DNA of 63,955 bases, the filler included, from Collodictyon triciliatum (Eukaryota), in NCBI GenBank assembly GCA_043381765.1. It is 6 parts of 6 records of this genome, joined end to end, with 100 filler letters (N's around TTAATTAATTAA, not from the genome) between each part and the next. Parts side by side here need not be neighbours in the genome. Positions count along the whole stretch, not along the records: positions 1 to 21,703 come from JBHJMP010000732.1; 5 more parts are not named here. One strand, written 5' to 3'. The notes beneath the pieces were generated by a model, which made no database searches, was not told the DNA's origin, and was given only the letters and a program-made list of their open reading frames with translations. The position numbers and the translations under genes are program-made. Positions 1 to 18,528 of the stretch are shown here, in pieces; position 1 is the first letter of the stretch, and every line of letters starts with the position of its first letter.

Positions 1-211
1 AAAAGAAAAAGAAAAAGAAAAAGAAAAAGAAAAGTAAAAAAATAAAAGAAAAGTAAAAAAGAAAAAGAAAAGTAAAAAAGAAAAGAAAAAGAAAAGTAAA
101 AAAAGAAAAAGAAACAGAAAAAGAAACAGAAAAAGAAACAGAAAAAGAAACAGAAAAAGAAACAGAAAAAGAAACAGAAAAAGAAAAAGAAAAGTAAAAA
201 AGAAAAAGAAG
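1..211. repeat. (GAAAAA/GAAACA)n purine-rich microsatellite directly upstream of the TMEM245-like ATG
   Basis: Directly visible. Confidence 0.95.
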
Positions 212-222
212 ACAAAATAGCC

Positions 223-3890
<3,668 letters not shown>

Positions 3891-4461
3891 AAAATGGTCA
3901 TTTTGTGAACCCCGCTCCGCGTTGAATTGGAGCATATTCATTTATAGATGATATTCTATAACAAATAATATTCTCCTTGCTCAAATGATTCTATGGTATG
4001 AAACCCGTCTCGAAATGAATGATAGCCCGAATATTACATTAGATCATTAATCTACACCACAGCACTCACGCCTTTCCCCTACATTTTTGTTTATGTTGAC
4101 CTCTCTCTTCTACCCTAATCCTTTAAATCTGGGTCGTTATTTTTTTTTTTCCGTAAAATTTAGAGCGAGCCAACCGCGCAACGAGTCATCAATCACATAA
4201 TTGAGTGCGATGACTATCTAGAAAGTGAGCATTCTTTTTTTTTTTTTCAATTGGGTGCGCTTTAGGGTATTGTCAACACTAATTCGTTAGAAGCCATATT
4301 CGTTTCCAAAACTGTTTAAAAAAATTAGTAGTTATTTATTTGTATGCGCGGTGGGTATGAACGAACCATCTAAAGGAAAGTGCAGAGAGGATATAACATG
4401 TGAGCAATTACATTCTTTTATAATCATCGGTTGTTTGGATAATGTTAGTTGAAAGATAACT

Positions 4462-5868
4462 CTACGAAAAAGCGGCAACCAACCGGTGAATGTATAAAAA
4501 GCAATATATGTTGAAAAAAATGGTAATGTGGAAAGATAGAGGTGTCCAATTCGAAACTATACTGGGGTCGATATGCTTATATCTAATTTGATAAGCAAAC
4601 GAGATTACATCTTTAATAAACTCGATGATGAGCTGAACTGCGATTTGGTAGATGCAGTCTTGAAGGGACATTATGGTTTGAAATGGCGTCACAGGGTAAA
4701 TTGGATACAGAAAGAACATAACCAGAGGTGCGATGAATATGGACAAAATTTCGAAGCTCGTGCTGTCACATATCAACTTTGAGTTGAATTCTAACATGCT
4801 ATTTATGTACTCCAGTTTCATGCTGGCGTAAGAGATTTGTGCTTCAAGACCTTGCTCGCCTTCAACGGGTATTATCGCAACTCTATTTTCTTTCAGTTGT
4901 GACTTTAAATAGTAAATAAGTTTACAGAAAATCATTTTAGAATTGAACAAGATACCTAATCTAAATTTGTGTGAGGTGGTGCTAACTGTGTCTATAGCAG
5001 CCGTGGCAAGATTCACCAAAACATACGAAGCAGAGCGAAACCCGCTGGTAGATATATTTGAAAGATATAAGCGACTGACGAAAGAGGCATACAAGTTGGA
5101 TACCTTGTTAAGGAGTAATTTTTTTTCTGTCTGGTCTCTGGGCAGATCGAGAATAATCATAGTTTGATACCATTTGTAAATTGTAAACAATAAAGGGAAT
5201 ACCCCTACTCTAAGGGTTATTTGCATGAAAAATGTACTCTTTGAATAAATTGGAAATAGAGTTTGGACCAAAAACACGACAAAGATAAATAGTGATATTA
5301 TTCCTTTGAGTATAGCTTTAGGTGTGCCGTCTTGTGTCAGATTATAGTTGCCTATATCCTCGGCATTGGCATCCGCAGGTTTTTTGGATGTTGATATTAT
5401 CCATATACCAAAAACCAAGCCGATAACAGTGGTAATGTTTACTATTAAATTAAATGTCTCTAACTCATCAGTAAATAGGATACTTACTAGTATGGCCACG
5501 ACCCAAGAAGGAAGAAATGAATAAAGTAGACCCCGCTGTGCAAAGCGACTACCAAACCCCTCAACAAAGCAGAGAGAGATGGCGATCCAGAAGAAGGTAG
5601 AGTCAAGAATGTTTCGAAGTAATTCATATAGTATGGGGCTCACCATGTACAGATTGCCCGCCGAGAGAATCCTGGATGGTGCGTAATAAAGACACATGGC
5701 CAAAACGATGGCATACACTCGGGGAAGCGACTTGACTAAAATATGAAGCCACATTTTCACGGACATCACCAAGCAACTAGGCCACGAGTTCTCGCATACC
5801 TCGCTAGCAGACAAAGGCCTGCTCATTTGTGGTTGCAGTTTAAGGGGTCGAGGGGCAACAATGTGCAT
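4462..5868 (-). CDS. Intronless multi-pass membrane protein, unknown family (468 aa)
   Basis: Uninterrupted 468-codon ATG-TAG ORF in AT-rich DNA with about 10 hydrophobic segments; no family motif recognised. Confidence 0.8.
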   Translation of the reverse strand: MHIVAPRPLKLQPQMSRPLSASEVCENSWPSCLVMSVKMWLHILVKSLPRVYAIVLAMCLYYAPSRILSAGNLYMVSPILYELLRNILDSTFFWIAISLCFVEGFGSRFAQRGLLYSFLPSWVVAILVSILFTDELETFNLIVNITTVIGLVFGIWIISTSKKPADANAEDIGNYNLTQDGTPKAILKGIISLFIFVVFLVQTLFPIYSKSTFFMQITLRVGVFPLLFTIYKWYQTMIILDLPRDQTEKKLLLNKVSNLYASFVSRLYLSNISTSGFRSASYVLVNLATAAIDTVSTTSHKFRLGILFNSKMIFCKLIYYLKSQLKENRVAIIPVEGEQGLEAQISYASMKLEYINSMLEFNSKLICDSTSFEILSIFIAPLVMFFLYPIYPVTPFQTIMSLQDCIYQIAVQLIIEFIKDVISFAYQIRYKHIDPSIVSNWTPLSFHITIFFNIYCFLYIHRLVAAFS

Positions 5869-6341
5869 GAAACCTAAAAAGTGACTGTGGTTAAAGGCGT
5901 CACAATGTATCAGGAATGCATGGGATTTTTAAATACGCCATCGTCTCATTTTCTTGTCACTGCGAGACCGAGCGCAAGCAGTCTAATGGAAACTCCTGTT
6001 TAAACGTGTCATAGTGCGGCCGACAGAAAACAACCCATCGAAAGTATTATATGATCAGATGTGGAATACATAAAATATGATTTTTCCCAGATGACTGATG
6101 CACGCGCAGCTATCTAATAGCACAATTTACATTCCAGTACCAAGGATGTGAAATAAAAAAAAAAGTCCCTCCACGATCACCACCAACGCCTATGGCCATA
6201 CACACAAGTGGTGTGGGATGGAGTGTTCGCAGCAAGAAGGTCATTGGCGCAACCTCGCGGCTACGGACATACAAGCCCACTTCCTCGTCCTAGCATAACT
6301 TGCTTCTCCCTAAGATACCTGATACCTACTTCACAAAAGCC

Positions 6342-9300
6342 ATGTCGGACCAGGCAGATGAGAGGGAACTATCCGATCCCCAGCAAGACTCCAGCAGGGA
6401 CGAGGCGTCAGATGATCACNNNNNNNNNNNNNNNNNNNNNNNNNNNNNNNNNNNNNNNNNNNNNNNNNNNNNNNNNNNNNNNNNNNNNNNNNNNNNNNNN
6501 NNNNNNNNNNNNNNNNNNNNNNNNNNNNNNNNNNNNNNNNNNNNNNNNNNNNNNNNNNNNNNNNNNNNNNNNNNNNNNNNNNNNNNNNNNNNNNNNNNNN
6601 NNNNNNNNNNNNNNNNNNNNNNNNNNNNNNNNNNNNNNNNNNNNNNNNNNNNNNNNNNNNNNNNNNNNNNNNNNNNNNNNNNNNNNNNNNNNNNNNNNNN
6701 NNNNNNNNNNNNNNNNNNNNNNNNNNNNNNNNNNNNNNNNNNNNNNNNNNNNNNNNNNNNNNNNNNNNNNNNNNNNNNNNNNNNNNNNNNNNNNNNNNNN
6801 CTCTCTCTCCTCTCTCTCCCTCTCTCCCTCTCTCTCTCTTCTCTCTCTCCCCCTCTTTTTTTTTTTTTTTTTTTTTTTAAGGAAATTACCGGCTGTTTTC
6901 AAATAATATATAACTTTTTGTGGGTTTCGGGTACTGTCGTTGACAGCTAATATATTGTTTTGCTTTTACAGAATACCCTATCGTAGATAAGTACCCATTA
7001 GGGGGATTACCTGCGATGAAATCTTTTGATTTTAAATGCGATCTTGAAACTAAGCAAGAGGTTTTCAGTGACCTCATCGAACAAGTGTGTCTATGATATC
7101 CATTTTAATCTGTCTATCCGTCATCCACGAGACAAATGTATGATACTAATACCTGAAGTGTTCTACATGACATTTCAATTGTCTGATATTTCTCCTTTTA
7201 GATACTTCTGGATGCTTTAATAAATGACGATACAAAACTTCTGGGAATAGCCATGACTTCCATCAAGCACATAAAAAACCAACATGAATTTCATAGCCGA
7301 GATTGGGAAAAAGAGAAAGCATTATATGGTCGATTGCTTATTTTATGTGAAAATGAATAATTACGTCAACAATTGAATTTCAAACAATTTTTTTGATTTT
7401 GAAAATATTTGAAAATATTGGTAGATTCCCGACTCTCCTATCTTGAAAAAGAGCGCAGTATGCTAGCACAGCAACTCGAGTCATCTAGGAAAGAAAATGA
7501 AGATATACTCTACAGACTCAGCGAACACGGTTTTTTTTAACTATATGTAGCTTGATTTGTGTGTCTTTTTTTTTTATGTGCGCTGTATGTTTATAATTAC
7601 ATATTCAATTTAAACGCTCATATGTCCTTTCATGAAAATTTACATGGCTGAAAATAAATCACTCATACTCTCGCTGGAAAGGTGCTGAATGCCAAAGGGA
7701 TAATTCAGAAGCTTTGGTTCAAGAAGATTTGGGACAAGATATGGTATGACACCCCTTTCTCTTTCATAGGAATCTATTCTCTTTAAACTATTTTTTTTTA
7801 ATAAAACACCTTTAAACGATATTATATAAGTCTCAATCAATAATTATCAATATGTTAGAATTAATTCATGATGCTGTAATAATCTTGGTATCAATATGCA
7901 TACAACTATTCAAAAGTTAATGAGACGTGTTTACTCATCAAATTCATTAATCTACAGACAATCCGTGCACGATTACATATACTACAAGAGGAAAATCAAC
8001 AGATTATTGATTTACTGCGCAAGAAAAGCAGAGAATTTTCTATATACCAAGGTCTCCTCTTTTAATTTTTCTATCCATTTACCTTGATATATATTGTTTC
8101 AAAAAGCGTTCGTTTTGGAAAGAATCATATGTCTTTTATCATGAGCACATTAAATGTACAACTAGTAATCGAATAAAGGAAAAAAAATGTACAACTAGTG
8201 AAAAATTAACAAAACAAAAAAAAAACGACAAAATAACTTAACATCGATGAAATAGAGAATGCAAATAAAATCCAAGAAAGAAACGGTCTTCTGCTCCAAC
8301 AAGAATTAAATTTGAGAGGAGAGGTTGAAAGAATAAGAGGCGAAAAATCCTCACTTCAGGTTCTTATCTTATTTCATATATTAATAATATATCGGTTTCT
8401 TCACACCACATTCACCATTATATAATATTAGATACTCTGACATACGAACACTTAATTTCGATATCTCATAAACATTTTCAAACCATGGTTACGCTTTTTT
8501 TTAAAATGATTATCTTTTTTTAAAATCAATACGAGTAAAATACATTTTTGGACACTGAAGTATATTATTGGTTAGATAAGAATTGCGCATCTCGAACAAG
8601 AATTAGCAATCGCCCAGGTGCTCAGAGGATATTTTTACACAACTTCAACCTCAAATTATTCTATCTTAGATACTTATTGGAATTTCATTCATTTCGACAA
8701 ATCGAATCCTTACTATGCATATATGTAAATGAACGAAGAAAATCAAGGTTAAAAAAAAAAAAAAGAAACATGCAATCTTTATAAACCCAGGGCCTGATTA
8801 ATGCTGAATTGACTGCTACTCATAATTTGAAAAAAGAAGCTTCTGCACTACGACACGCTAATGTTTCATTACAATACTTGCACTTTATCTTCGATTTAAT
8901 ATTTTTCCATAAACCATTTGCACATGAATCCCACTCATTTAAATATTCTTGTATCTATTGATTTACAGGAAGATCAATTGTCCAAGCGAGAACATGATTT
9001 ATCTGACCTAAGGAATGTATCCAATGTCCTTCAGAGACGCCTTATCGAAAAGGTATGAGCCCTTTATGATAATACTATTTCCGATGATTTTTTCATTCTG
9101 ATTACCGGTGCGTAGGAGTCAGAATGCAATGAAATGATCGCAAAATTCAAGACTCTTCAGGTAATCTATGCGAACAAATTACACCAATACATCCAATCCG
9201 CATATCATCATCTTTATTCAACACATTCACGATTACAAACCAACCAGAAATCATACGAAGAAACAAGCAGCCACACATGGCAAGTAGAGAAAATATACCG

Positions 9301-10073
9301 GGAAAATGTACAAGCCCAATCTGTATTGATAGAGGCACTAAAGGTAACTGTGCAGTCAGTTTTTGCATCATTTTAAATATGATTCAGAATTTTGATTGTA
9401 AACAACACCCCAATTAATAGGAGCAAACTCGAGTACTTGAAGAAAGAGTAGTTAACCTCACGGGTTTGAGATAGACATGAAAAAATTATTTAGTGATGAC
9501 AAATTTTATTGGAAAATTTATTTACAAAAGTTCTTCATTTCAATCAAAATAGATGCCTTATCAAACCAAGAAACTCTAGCAGAAGTACGTTTTTTTTTAT
9601 CGTAATTGCATATGCCTGTCTTTATGGATATACTCATATGTCAATCATTTACAGTCAGGTATCTCCATATGTCCTGAGAGTAGCCAAAATTTAGTCGAGC
9701 TTGTATGTCCTTCCGTTTTTTTTTTTTTTGAATGTTTAAGCTTGGAATAGTTTTACAGACAATTTATGAGTTAATTTCAATAGCTTCATGTTTTGGAGGA
9801 GAAAAAATCAATAATAGATGACCTGAATGGATATATACACAAACTGGAAACCGTAATTCGATATTAATTGACTTATGCAACTAATTTTTACTATACTTTA
9901 TGTAATTTATAATGAACATCTGTTACATTCCTTTTATTGTAAAAAATCAGAAAATTGAAACGACGGAAAAGGAAAAGATAGAAATTGAAAGTAATTATGA
10001 AAAAACTCGCCTTCTCTTGAAAGAACAAGCTGAAAAGATGAAACTACTAGAAGGTGAATAGCTTTCGATAGTC

Positions 10074-10160
<87 letters not shown>

Positions 10161-13100
10161 TTTTTCTTTCTTTTTTTCTTTTTCTTTTTCTTTTTTTTTA
10201 AAAACCAAATCATTTTGAAATTATTTGATAGTATCCACTCCTGCAAGGTCAAATTATTCACTCCCGATGGTAAGAATACCTTCTCCCCTATTACTTTTTC
10301 AAATAATTTATTTAGAATCCATTCAGTTTGATAAATAGGAAAATAAAATAAAATAAAGATGTAAAAAGAAATCAACAAATAACAGCATGATAATCAGATG
10401 ACTTCCGTTAAACACTTCCATAGTGCATATGTTTGCTGCGTTGTTAAGGCTATTGCCATTTATTTCCTTCTCTTTTGTAAACAGGATATGAGTAGAGCTT
10501 TTTCAAGTATTGTCAATGAATCCTACACAGACACCCCTCGAGGACTTAGAAACAACATTCGCGTATAACAGCATTTAAAAACATTGAGTTTTTTTTTAAT
10601 CGAATGAAGGAAAAAATATTGAGTTCTGTTGTGTCATTCCATATCTTCCAATGAAAATAACTATATGACATGTACCCACACTCTACCTAGGATCTGGAGC
10701 TGAAAAATTCGGAATTGCATAATGAAGTACAAAAGCTAACGCAGAGACTGATATCTGAAAGAAAGTAAAATAATCTTTATGTGAAAGAAAACCGAACGAA
10801 TATTTTTTCACCTTTATTCGATTCGTAGAAAAAAAAACGGAACGAACATAAATGTAATCTCCTTGGGATGCTACCAAATGATTTTTTTTTAAAGTACATC
10901 CGAACGGTCTTTCACCTAACCGAATACTGTATTTAATTGATTTTTTATAGGTCTTTTGAGCAGGAACTCGAAACTCGACTCAGCTTTGAGGTTTTCGTTT
11001 GTTATCACTATATGTTACAATGATTTCTCTTTCAGATTCCTCAAATTATGTGCGCACTAGGTCAGGAATGTGGAGAACAAATTCCATGATCTGCAGAAAA
11101 AGAGAGATGATGAAATTGGATTGGTATGTCCGATGTTATCAATATTTTTTTGAAAGATATGAGATATTTATCTTTAATCATATCTTATAAATATCAATAA
11201 TAATAAAAATAATAATAAAAATAATAATAAAAATAATAATAAAAATAATAATAAAAATAATAATAAAAATAATAATAAAAATAATAATGATAATAATAAT
11301 AATAAAAACCAGATATCGGCAATTGTCTGTCAAAGGGACAGTTTTAAGGTACTTGTTTACAAAACAAATTATATAAAAAAAATAACAAGAGATGAGGTAG
11401 AAGAAAAAGAAATATGCGAAATTTATTTCTCATATGGTATATCAAATATGCTCATGTCCACTCTTAGGACCTATTGGAAAAAAAATCTAAAGAACTTGAG
11501 GTTTGTTCTGAACTGTTATTTGAATGCATTTTCTAATTAAACATGGCAACTATCCCTTCTCAATCCTACTGTCTGTTATGACTCATTCTACTATTTCTGT
11601 TTTGCCTTTTTGCTTTTGCATATTTTTATTTATTTATTGTTTTTTAGATATTGAAGATATACGCTCTCAATCGACACATGGAGTTGCCCTTATCTCTGAG
11701 ACTTTCGTTAGAGCAAACGAGCACTGTACCTTTTTTTTCAGCTTATATATTATAGTGCCTTTTTTTTAACTGGAAAGGAAATTAGTATTTATGGGCTAAT
11801 AAAGCCCTCAATAAAAGTCACATGACAAGATCCAGTCATTACTCTACGTTACACTACGCATGGGCCAAATATATCGAAATAGAATAAAATAGCATAATTC
11901 ATTTTCACATCGATACAAACCAATAGATAATTGACTACGTCGGTCATTATGAAAGCTCTTATCAAAAATTCACTCAAGAAATCGACGAGTACAAAACCCG
12001 ATGTGAAAAACTATCAGCTGAACTTGGTCATGTAAAGCACACTCTTCATTGGGTTCTAAATAAGATAGAATCATCCATAATAAAAAAATCAAGCATTCTT
12101 TTATGACTGTACTCTCTCTCTCTTGGGTTAAAAGAAACATAATTTTTCTAACCTCCTATTTACATGTATGGTAGGTGAGGTCTGAGTTGACGTTGATCAA
12201 AAATCATAATAGAGACTTAGAAAATAGGCTCTCTATTTCATCTTTTTTACAGCAAAAGGCAGAAGATGAGAATCGGTTAAGTTATCATTTTACTTTATCA
12301 TTTAAAAGTCAACTAGCTAAATACCACGAAACATCGATAAGTATGGAAAATATTAATCATTTTATTGGTGTATCATAGATTACTAAAGACTGATTATGAT
12401 ACAACGAAGACGAAGCTATCTCGACTTGAGTATGAAAAAAAACAGGTAAGTTCGATAATAGGGTTTAGATACATAAATGCATGGAATTGTAACATGAGCA
12501 AAGATTCAAGCTCTTTTAACTTTGCAATCTTATTCACTGAAAAAATCGGGTTTAGTGGCAAGAAAAATTAGATGAAAGTATCAGAATACATGTCATGACT
12601 TCTACCGAAGCCAAAGAGGCGGAAATAAAATTCCTTAAAGCTTCAATTCAAGATTTGGAGGTTATATCGACTATCCCAGTCTTTCTTTCACTCATTTCCC
12701 TATTATTATCTAACAAACCAAATTTAATCATAGAAATCATGCCGCGAAGCCATTTCTGATAAAGAACAGCTGAAGTTGGATGCAGTCAAACACAAGCATG
12801 ACATGAATAGCCTTCGTGTATGTATCTTATTTATTTTATAGTAAATCATACATTCAAGCAGGTATATTCACGTTAAGAGAAAAAACAATAGATTCAAGCA
12901 CAAGAAAAGGAAAAAGCCTATACGATGGAACTGTCTTCAAGGGCGCAGCACTTACAGAGTCAACTGTAATAGACAAATTCGATGATTTTTTAATTGTCAT
13001 TTTTTATGTTGCTTATGCTTACCACATACTTCATGTAAGCGAGAGTTCAAGAGATGATTTCGCACAACTAAAGATTGAGTACGCCAAGGAATCACTGCGA

Positions 13101-16100
13101 TACGATATTCATATTTCTGATATGAAGCTCAAATTAGCTGAGCTTGAGCAGGTTTCTCTATTCTTCTCATTCAGAATTATTTGCCCAGTCAACATATTAC
13201 TGATTCAATCACCCATTGAACTCTTGCTATTTTTCATTATTGTAGAGTATTTTTGCAAAGAATGTAGATATATCCTCGTTAAAACGACAACTTGACAGTG
13301 AGAAGGAACAAAGCTCTGAGCTTAGGGTAAAAATCTTGATGATTTTATGTTTCATGTATTCAAATCAAATCAAATTAACATTATTATTATTTACAGCTTC
13401 AACTATCAATCTCGCAGAAAGATGAAGAGTCAGACAATAAAAGTTAGATATCAACTTATACCGATTTTGATCCATATAACTATTTTAAATGATTTTTAAA
13501 TGTTTTCTAATGAGAAGATATTTTAAGATATAGAAAGGGGACTTATCCCAGAGGAATCAGAGCACCTACTCCTCATTCAAATTCAAACAGAACTAGATTC
13601 TGCGAGAACGGAAATCCAAAGTTTGAAAGATGAACTAAAAAAGGTATGCTTTGTCTACACTCTTTTTAATTTTTTATATAATCTATCATGTAATCAAAAT
13701 GTTAAGCCAACTTTTCTGTATCCCTATCAAAACAATATATTTCCAGAATGAAGAGAGGTTAGCTGAAACTCTGTTAAGTTTACATGACTCTCAGGAAAAT
13801 TTAAGAAATAGCCATAAGGTTGCCCAGTTACTTATCAAACTTGAGTACCAGTAGCACATAATTTGTCATTTATTTAATTAATTGTTTGTTTCGATATCAA
13901 ATTTTCTCCATGTTCATGTGTATTGCACCAGGACGATTCATTTAGCCAATAAATAGGTATTTGACGCCTTTCAGCAAGAAACTGCTGAAAAATTAAGCAT
14001 AAATTCCTTAAAATTACAAGAGGTAAAATACTTTGCTGCTGGTCAATTGTTTAGCTCCAACATTATTTTATGAATATTATCATTGAATTTTTGATTATGA
14101 CAGGAGATAAAGCTATGCTCTAGGATTGATTCATTTTTAAATTTATTTAATTTTATTATTATCATTATACCCCTTTTGTATGCCCACAGTCCGAATTGAG
14201 TTTGACAAAAATGCAGCTGAATTTGAAAAACGTTCAATCTGAAAAGGATATTGAAAAAGGCATATACGATACTAAGGTACTCATGAAATTCTAACGATAA
14301 TAATTTTATATAGTTTTTACACTAATGAACGATTTATAGATTAAATTTTGAATAACTTAATGCAAATAGAAGCAATCCGTTCATTGTTCATATTTTTTTT
14401 TTTATTCTTCCTTTCAATTTTGTGCAGGATGGTGGAGATGTGTTCATATTATTTATTATAATTAATTTTAGATAAATTCGCTTCATCACGAATGCCAGAG
14501 GCTCACGGAGCAACTTTCGATTGTCTCAGGACAAAAAGATACCCTAGAAATTCAATTGAGCGATCTTAATAGTATTTTTTCTTCTATCTCTATTTCAACT
14601 TCTTATTTTGGATCAGATGATGATATTTGTTGCATTTCTATTGACCATTTTCTACTTTTTTTTTTAAAAAAAAAAANNNNNNNNNNNNNNNNNNNNNNNN
14701 NNNNNNNNNNNNNNNNNNNNNNNNNNNNNNNNNNNNNNNNNNNNNNNNNNNNNNNNNNNNNNNNNNNNNNNNNNNNNNNNNNNNNNNNNNNNNNNNNNNN
14801 NNNNNNNNNNNNNNNNNNNNNNNNNNNNNNNNNNNNNNNNNNNNNNNNNNNNNNNNNNNNNNNNNNNNNNNNNNNNNNNNNNNNNNNNNNNNNNNNNNNN
14901 NNNNNNNNNNNNNNNNNNNNNNNNNNNNNNNNNNNNNNNNNNNNNNNNNNNNNNNNNNNNNNNNNNNNNNNNNNNNNNNNNNNNNNNNNNNNNNNNNNNN
15001 NNNNNNNNNNNNNNNNNNNNNNNNNNNNNNNNNNNNNNNNNNNNNNNNNNNNNNNNNNNNNNNNNNNNNNNNNNNNNNNNNNNNNNNNNNNNNNNNNNNN
15101 NNNNNNNNNNNNNNNNNNNNNNNNNNNNNNNNNNNNNNNNNNNNNNNNNNNNNNNNNNNNNNNNNNNNNNNNNNNNNNNNNNNNNNNNNNNNNNNNNNNN
15201 NNNNNNNNNNNNNNNNNNNNNNNNNNNNNNNNNNNNNNNNNNNNNNNNNNNNNNNNNNNNNNNNNNNNNNNNNNNNNNNNNNNNNNNNNNNNNNNNNNNN
15301 NNNNNNNNNNNATAAAATATAATAATAGAGAAGAGATGCGTTGCATCAGTCACAGAAATATCTTTCTCATTGAGCAAAATCGGTGTATGTATTACTATAA
15401 AATTATTTAGGAACAATATCAGAAGAAAATGTGCGAATGTGATAAAATAAGAGAGGAAGCAGAGACCAAAATCAGGAAGTTATCAAATGAGATATTGCAC
15501 CAAATGGCTGAGTAAGAATTATGTTTCATTTCTTGTTATTTCATATTTACCTCTTCATCGTTTGTCTCTTTTACTATGTATTTATATTACATTTCGCTTT
15601 ATTTATATCACATTTGTATAGAGGAATTTTAAAATTTAATATGACAAGTCGCATATTCATGAAATCAAGTTTATCATATTTGACATAGTCCAATTTCCTG
15701 ACTTATCTCATTTGATGCTTGATTTTCCACGCACAAAATTTAAAGTAAATCGGTATGATTATTATTCGTGTGATTCTATTTTCTGACATAACTGCTTTCT
15801 CCATAAGGTGCAAAGATCTCCACCAACAAAACAGAATATTACTGACTCAGTATGAAGCATCCGTTAACAAAGCCCCTGTATGTTTCCACATGCGTGTAAC
15901 GAGACAATAATATATATATTTATGGTTGTTTATGCTATCTGAATCCAAAAAATTGTCATGTCTCATTCTGTCTACACATACCATCCTAATGTTGCAGAAT
16001 ATGATTGCTTATGGTCAAGCTTCAAATTCTCCTGATGTTCAGGTTCCGCCGAATACTGGTAGCACTATTCAATCGTTTTTTTTTTATATACTATATGTAT

Positions 16101-18296
16101 ATATATATATATATATTATAAGCAGCCGCATTTCACATATCTTCCATGCTGCTTCCTTATTAATCACAAGTCTACCTCAAAGGCGATGCCCAATCGAGAC
16201 CAAATCGACAGGACACAGTACGAGATAATTCAATTATAACATTAATAACTATACATCAAGAAGTCCTACAAACGAAGGGATATCTCCAGATTTACAATTT
16301 ATATCTAAAAATATGCAATCAAAATATCATCGATTCAGGAAATGCCTGATTATGAAAAGAAATATAAGGACACTTGTGAACTTGTATCAAATCTACAGAA
16401 CGCGTTAGAAAAGGTAGCTATTGATTGTAAATTCAGTACTTGTCAGATTGATGATAGAAGTTTACCATAGGAAAGAATAAAAAGCGAACTTATCTCGCAA
16501 AGCAAAAACCAAACAAACACACACCCCGACGGCATCCTCCAAGTACAAATCATGAAAGGTTACACAATACACACTATCTTATTTACTCGTTTATTGTATA
16601 TTCACAAGTAAACCTTTCTTTCATATAACTTGCGGATATGACATATTTGAAGAAAAACTATTTCATTTGCAAACAGAGAAAAAAAACTCTCTTCGAATAG
16701 TACTTTATCATAGTACTTACATTTTCTTCTTTTCGTATGTATTTGTGCATGGATTTGGCTTTCAGAGAGCATTCAAGCCTTGAGGGCTGAGAATGAGACA
16801 TTAAGACAAAGCGAGGATGATATCAAGGCAAAGCAAAAAATAATGGAGGAGAATATGAAGTTGTTGGCTGGTATGCTCTCAATATTCACTTCTAAAGATA
16901 ATATTTCAAACACAATTTTTTCTGAATTGAACGTAACTAAACATTTTTCAAAAAAAAATGCTTTCAGATGAGCGAGACAAAGCACTCGTCCGAATATCAG
17001 TTCTTGAACCTCATTTACATGAGCTAGAGGAGTCTGTAGAGAAGTGGAGAATTCGAGCAAATGATATTCTAGTACTACTATTTTTATATTTTATTTTTCC
17101 ACAAAAGATGTCAACATATTCACGTGATGAATCCGATAAATAGCAACCAACCTCAAATGTACCATATACCAAGGAGAAATATAGTATTTTACAGCTGATG
17201 TGTTAATTTTATTTATAGATAAAATATAATCAAGTTGATCCCTCTGATTTTGAAGAGATGAAGCGTTTAGAATCTGAAGCTAAGAAAACAATAATCTCGT
17301 TAGAATCTGAAGTGGAAAAGGTTGTGTGCATCTCTTCCTCTCTTACCATTTACATGCAACTCCGTGTGTAAGAAGCATTTAAAATGTCAGATAAAGAGAG
17401 ACCAATATGAATATTTTATATACTCACCACGTACAGTTGACAGTATATTTAGAAGATAAAAGAAAAAGAACGTATCTCCATTGTCTTTTACTCGATTTTG
17501 ATTCATTTATAATCTCCTCCTTCCCTCATTTTATTAACACAAAATATAGCTTCGAAATGATGTCCTTAAGAGTGAACAAATCATGGAAAAACTAAAACAA
17601 GTCGAAGAAGAAAGAGACACCGTTAAGAAAGTGAGTGTTATGTTGGCATCTTTCCGTACTATACAATCACATATTATTTGATAAAGTCTAGGATTGTTAC
17701 GTCTCATATTTTAAAAATTAATAAATCAAATATCCTTCATAGAATCTTGCTGAGCGGGAGCTTATGGTTTGTATTTCTTATAAATTGATTGATATATTTC
17801 TATTGAAGTTGGCTAAATGGATTCATAAATATATGCGTTTTTATCTCAGAATTCCCGAATGACAGCAACGCTGGTAAGTGGTTCGATTATGGTGTTTTCA
17901 TCTCTAATTTTATTATACTCCGCCTCGCATTTTCACACAAAAATAATTAGTAAATATATCTTTCATCTCTTTGTCTTTTGTCTCTGTTTTGAAATACATA
18001 TTTATGTAATCTCTTTTTTTTCCATACACCGTGCTCGTCGGATATGTGTAGAAACGGGTATGATTTATCGACTCTTAAAAGCTAGCTACTGGCCACCGTT
18101 TTTCAGAAATAAATATGTCACATACCAGAACGCTGATTTTCACATTAATGTTCATGTCATCGATTCAAGTTAGGGGTAGATGCAAAAACTTCCGCAGAAC
18201 GAGAAATGCGCTTGAAGGAGGAGGTTCGAGTTCTCACAGAAAAATGTGTATGTACCTTTCTTTTCTTTTTCCATTTTAATTAGTGTTACAAAAGAG

Positions 18297-18372
<76 letters not shown>

Positions 18373-18472
18373 NNNNNNNNNNNNNNNNNNNNNNNNNNNN
18401 NNNNNNNNNNNNNNNNNNNNNNNNNNNNNNNNNNNNNNNNNNNNNNNNNNNNNNNNNNNNNNNNNNNNNNNN

Positions 18473-18528
<56 letters not shown>

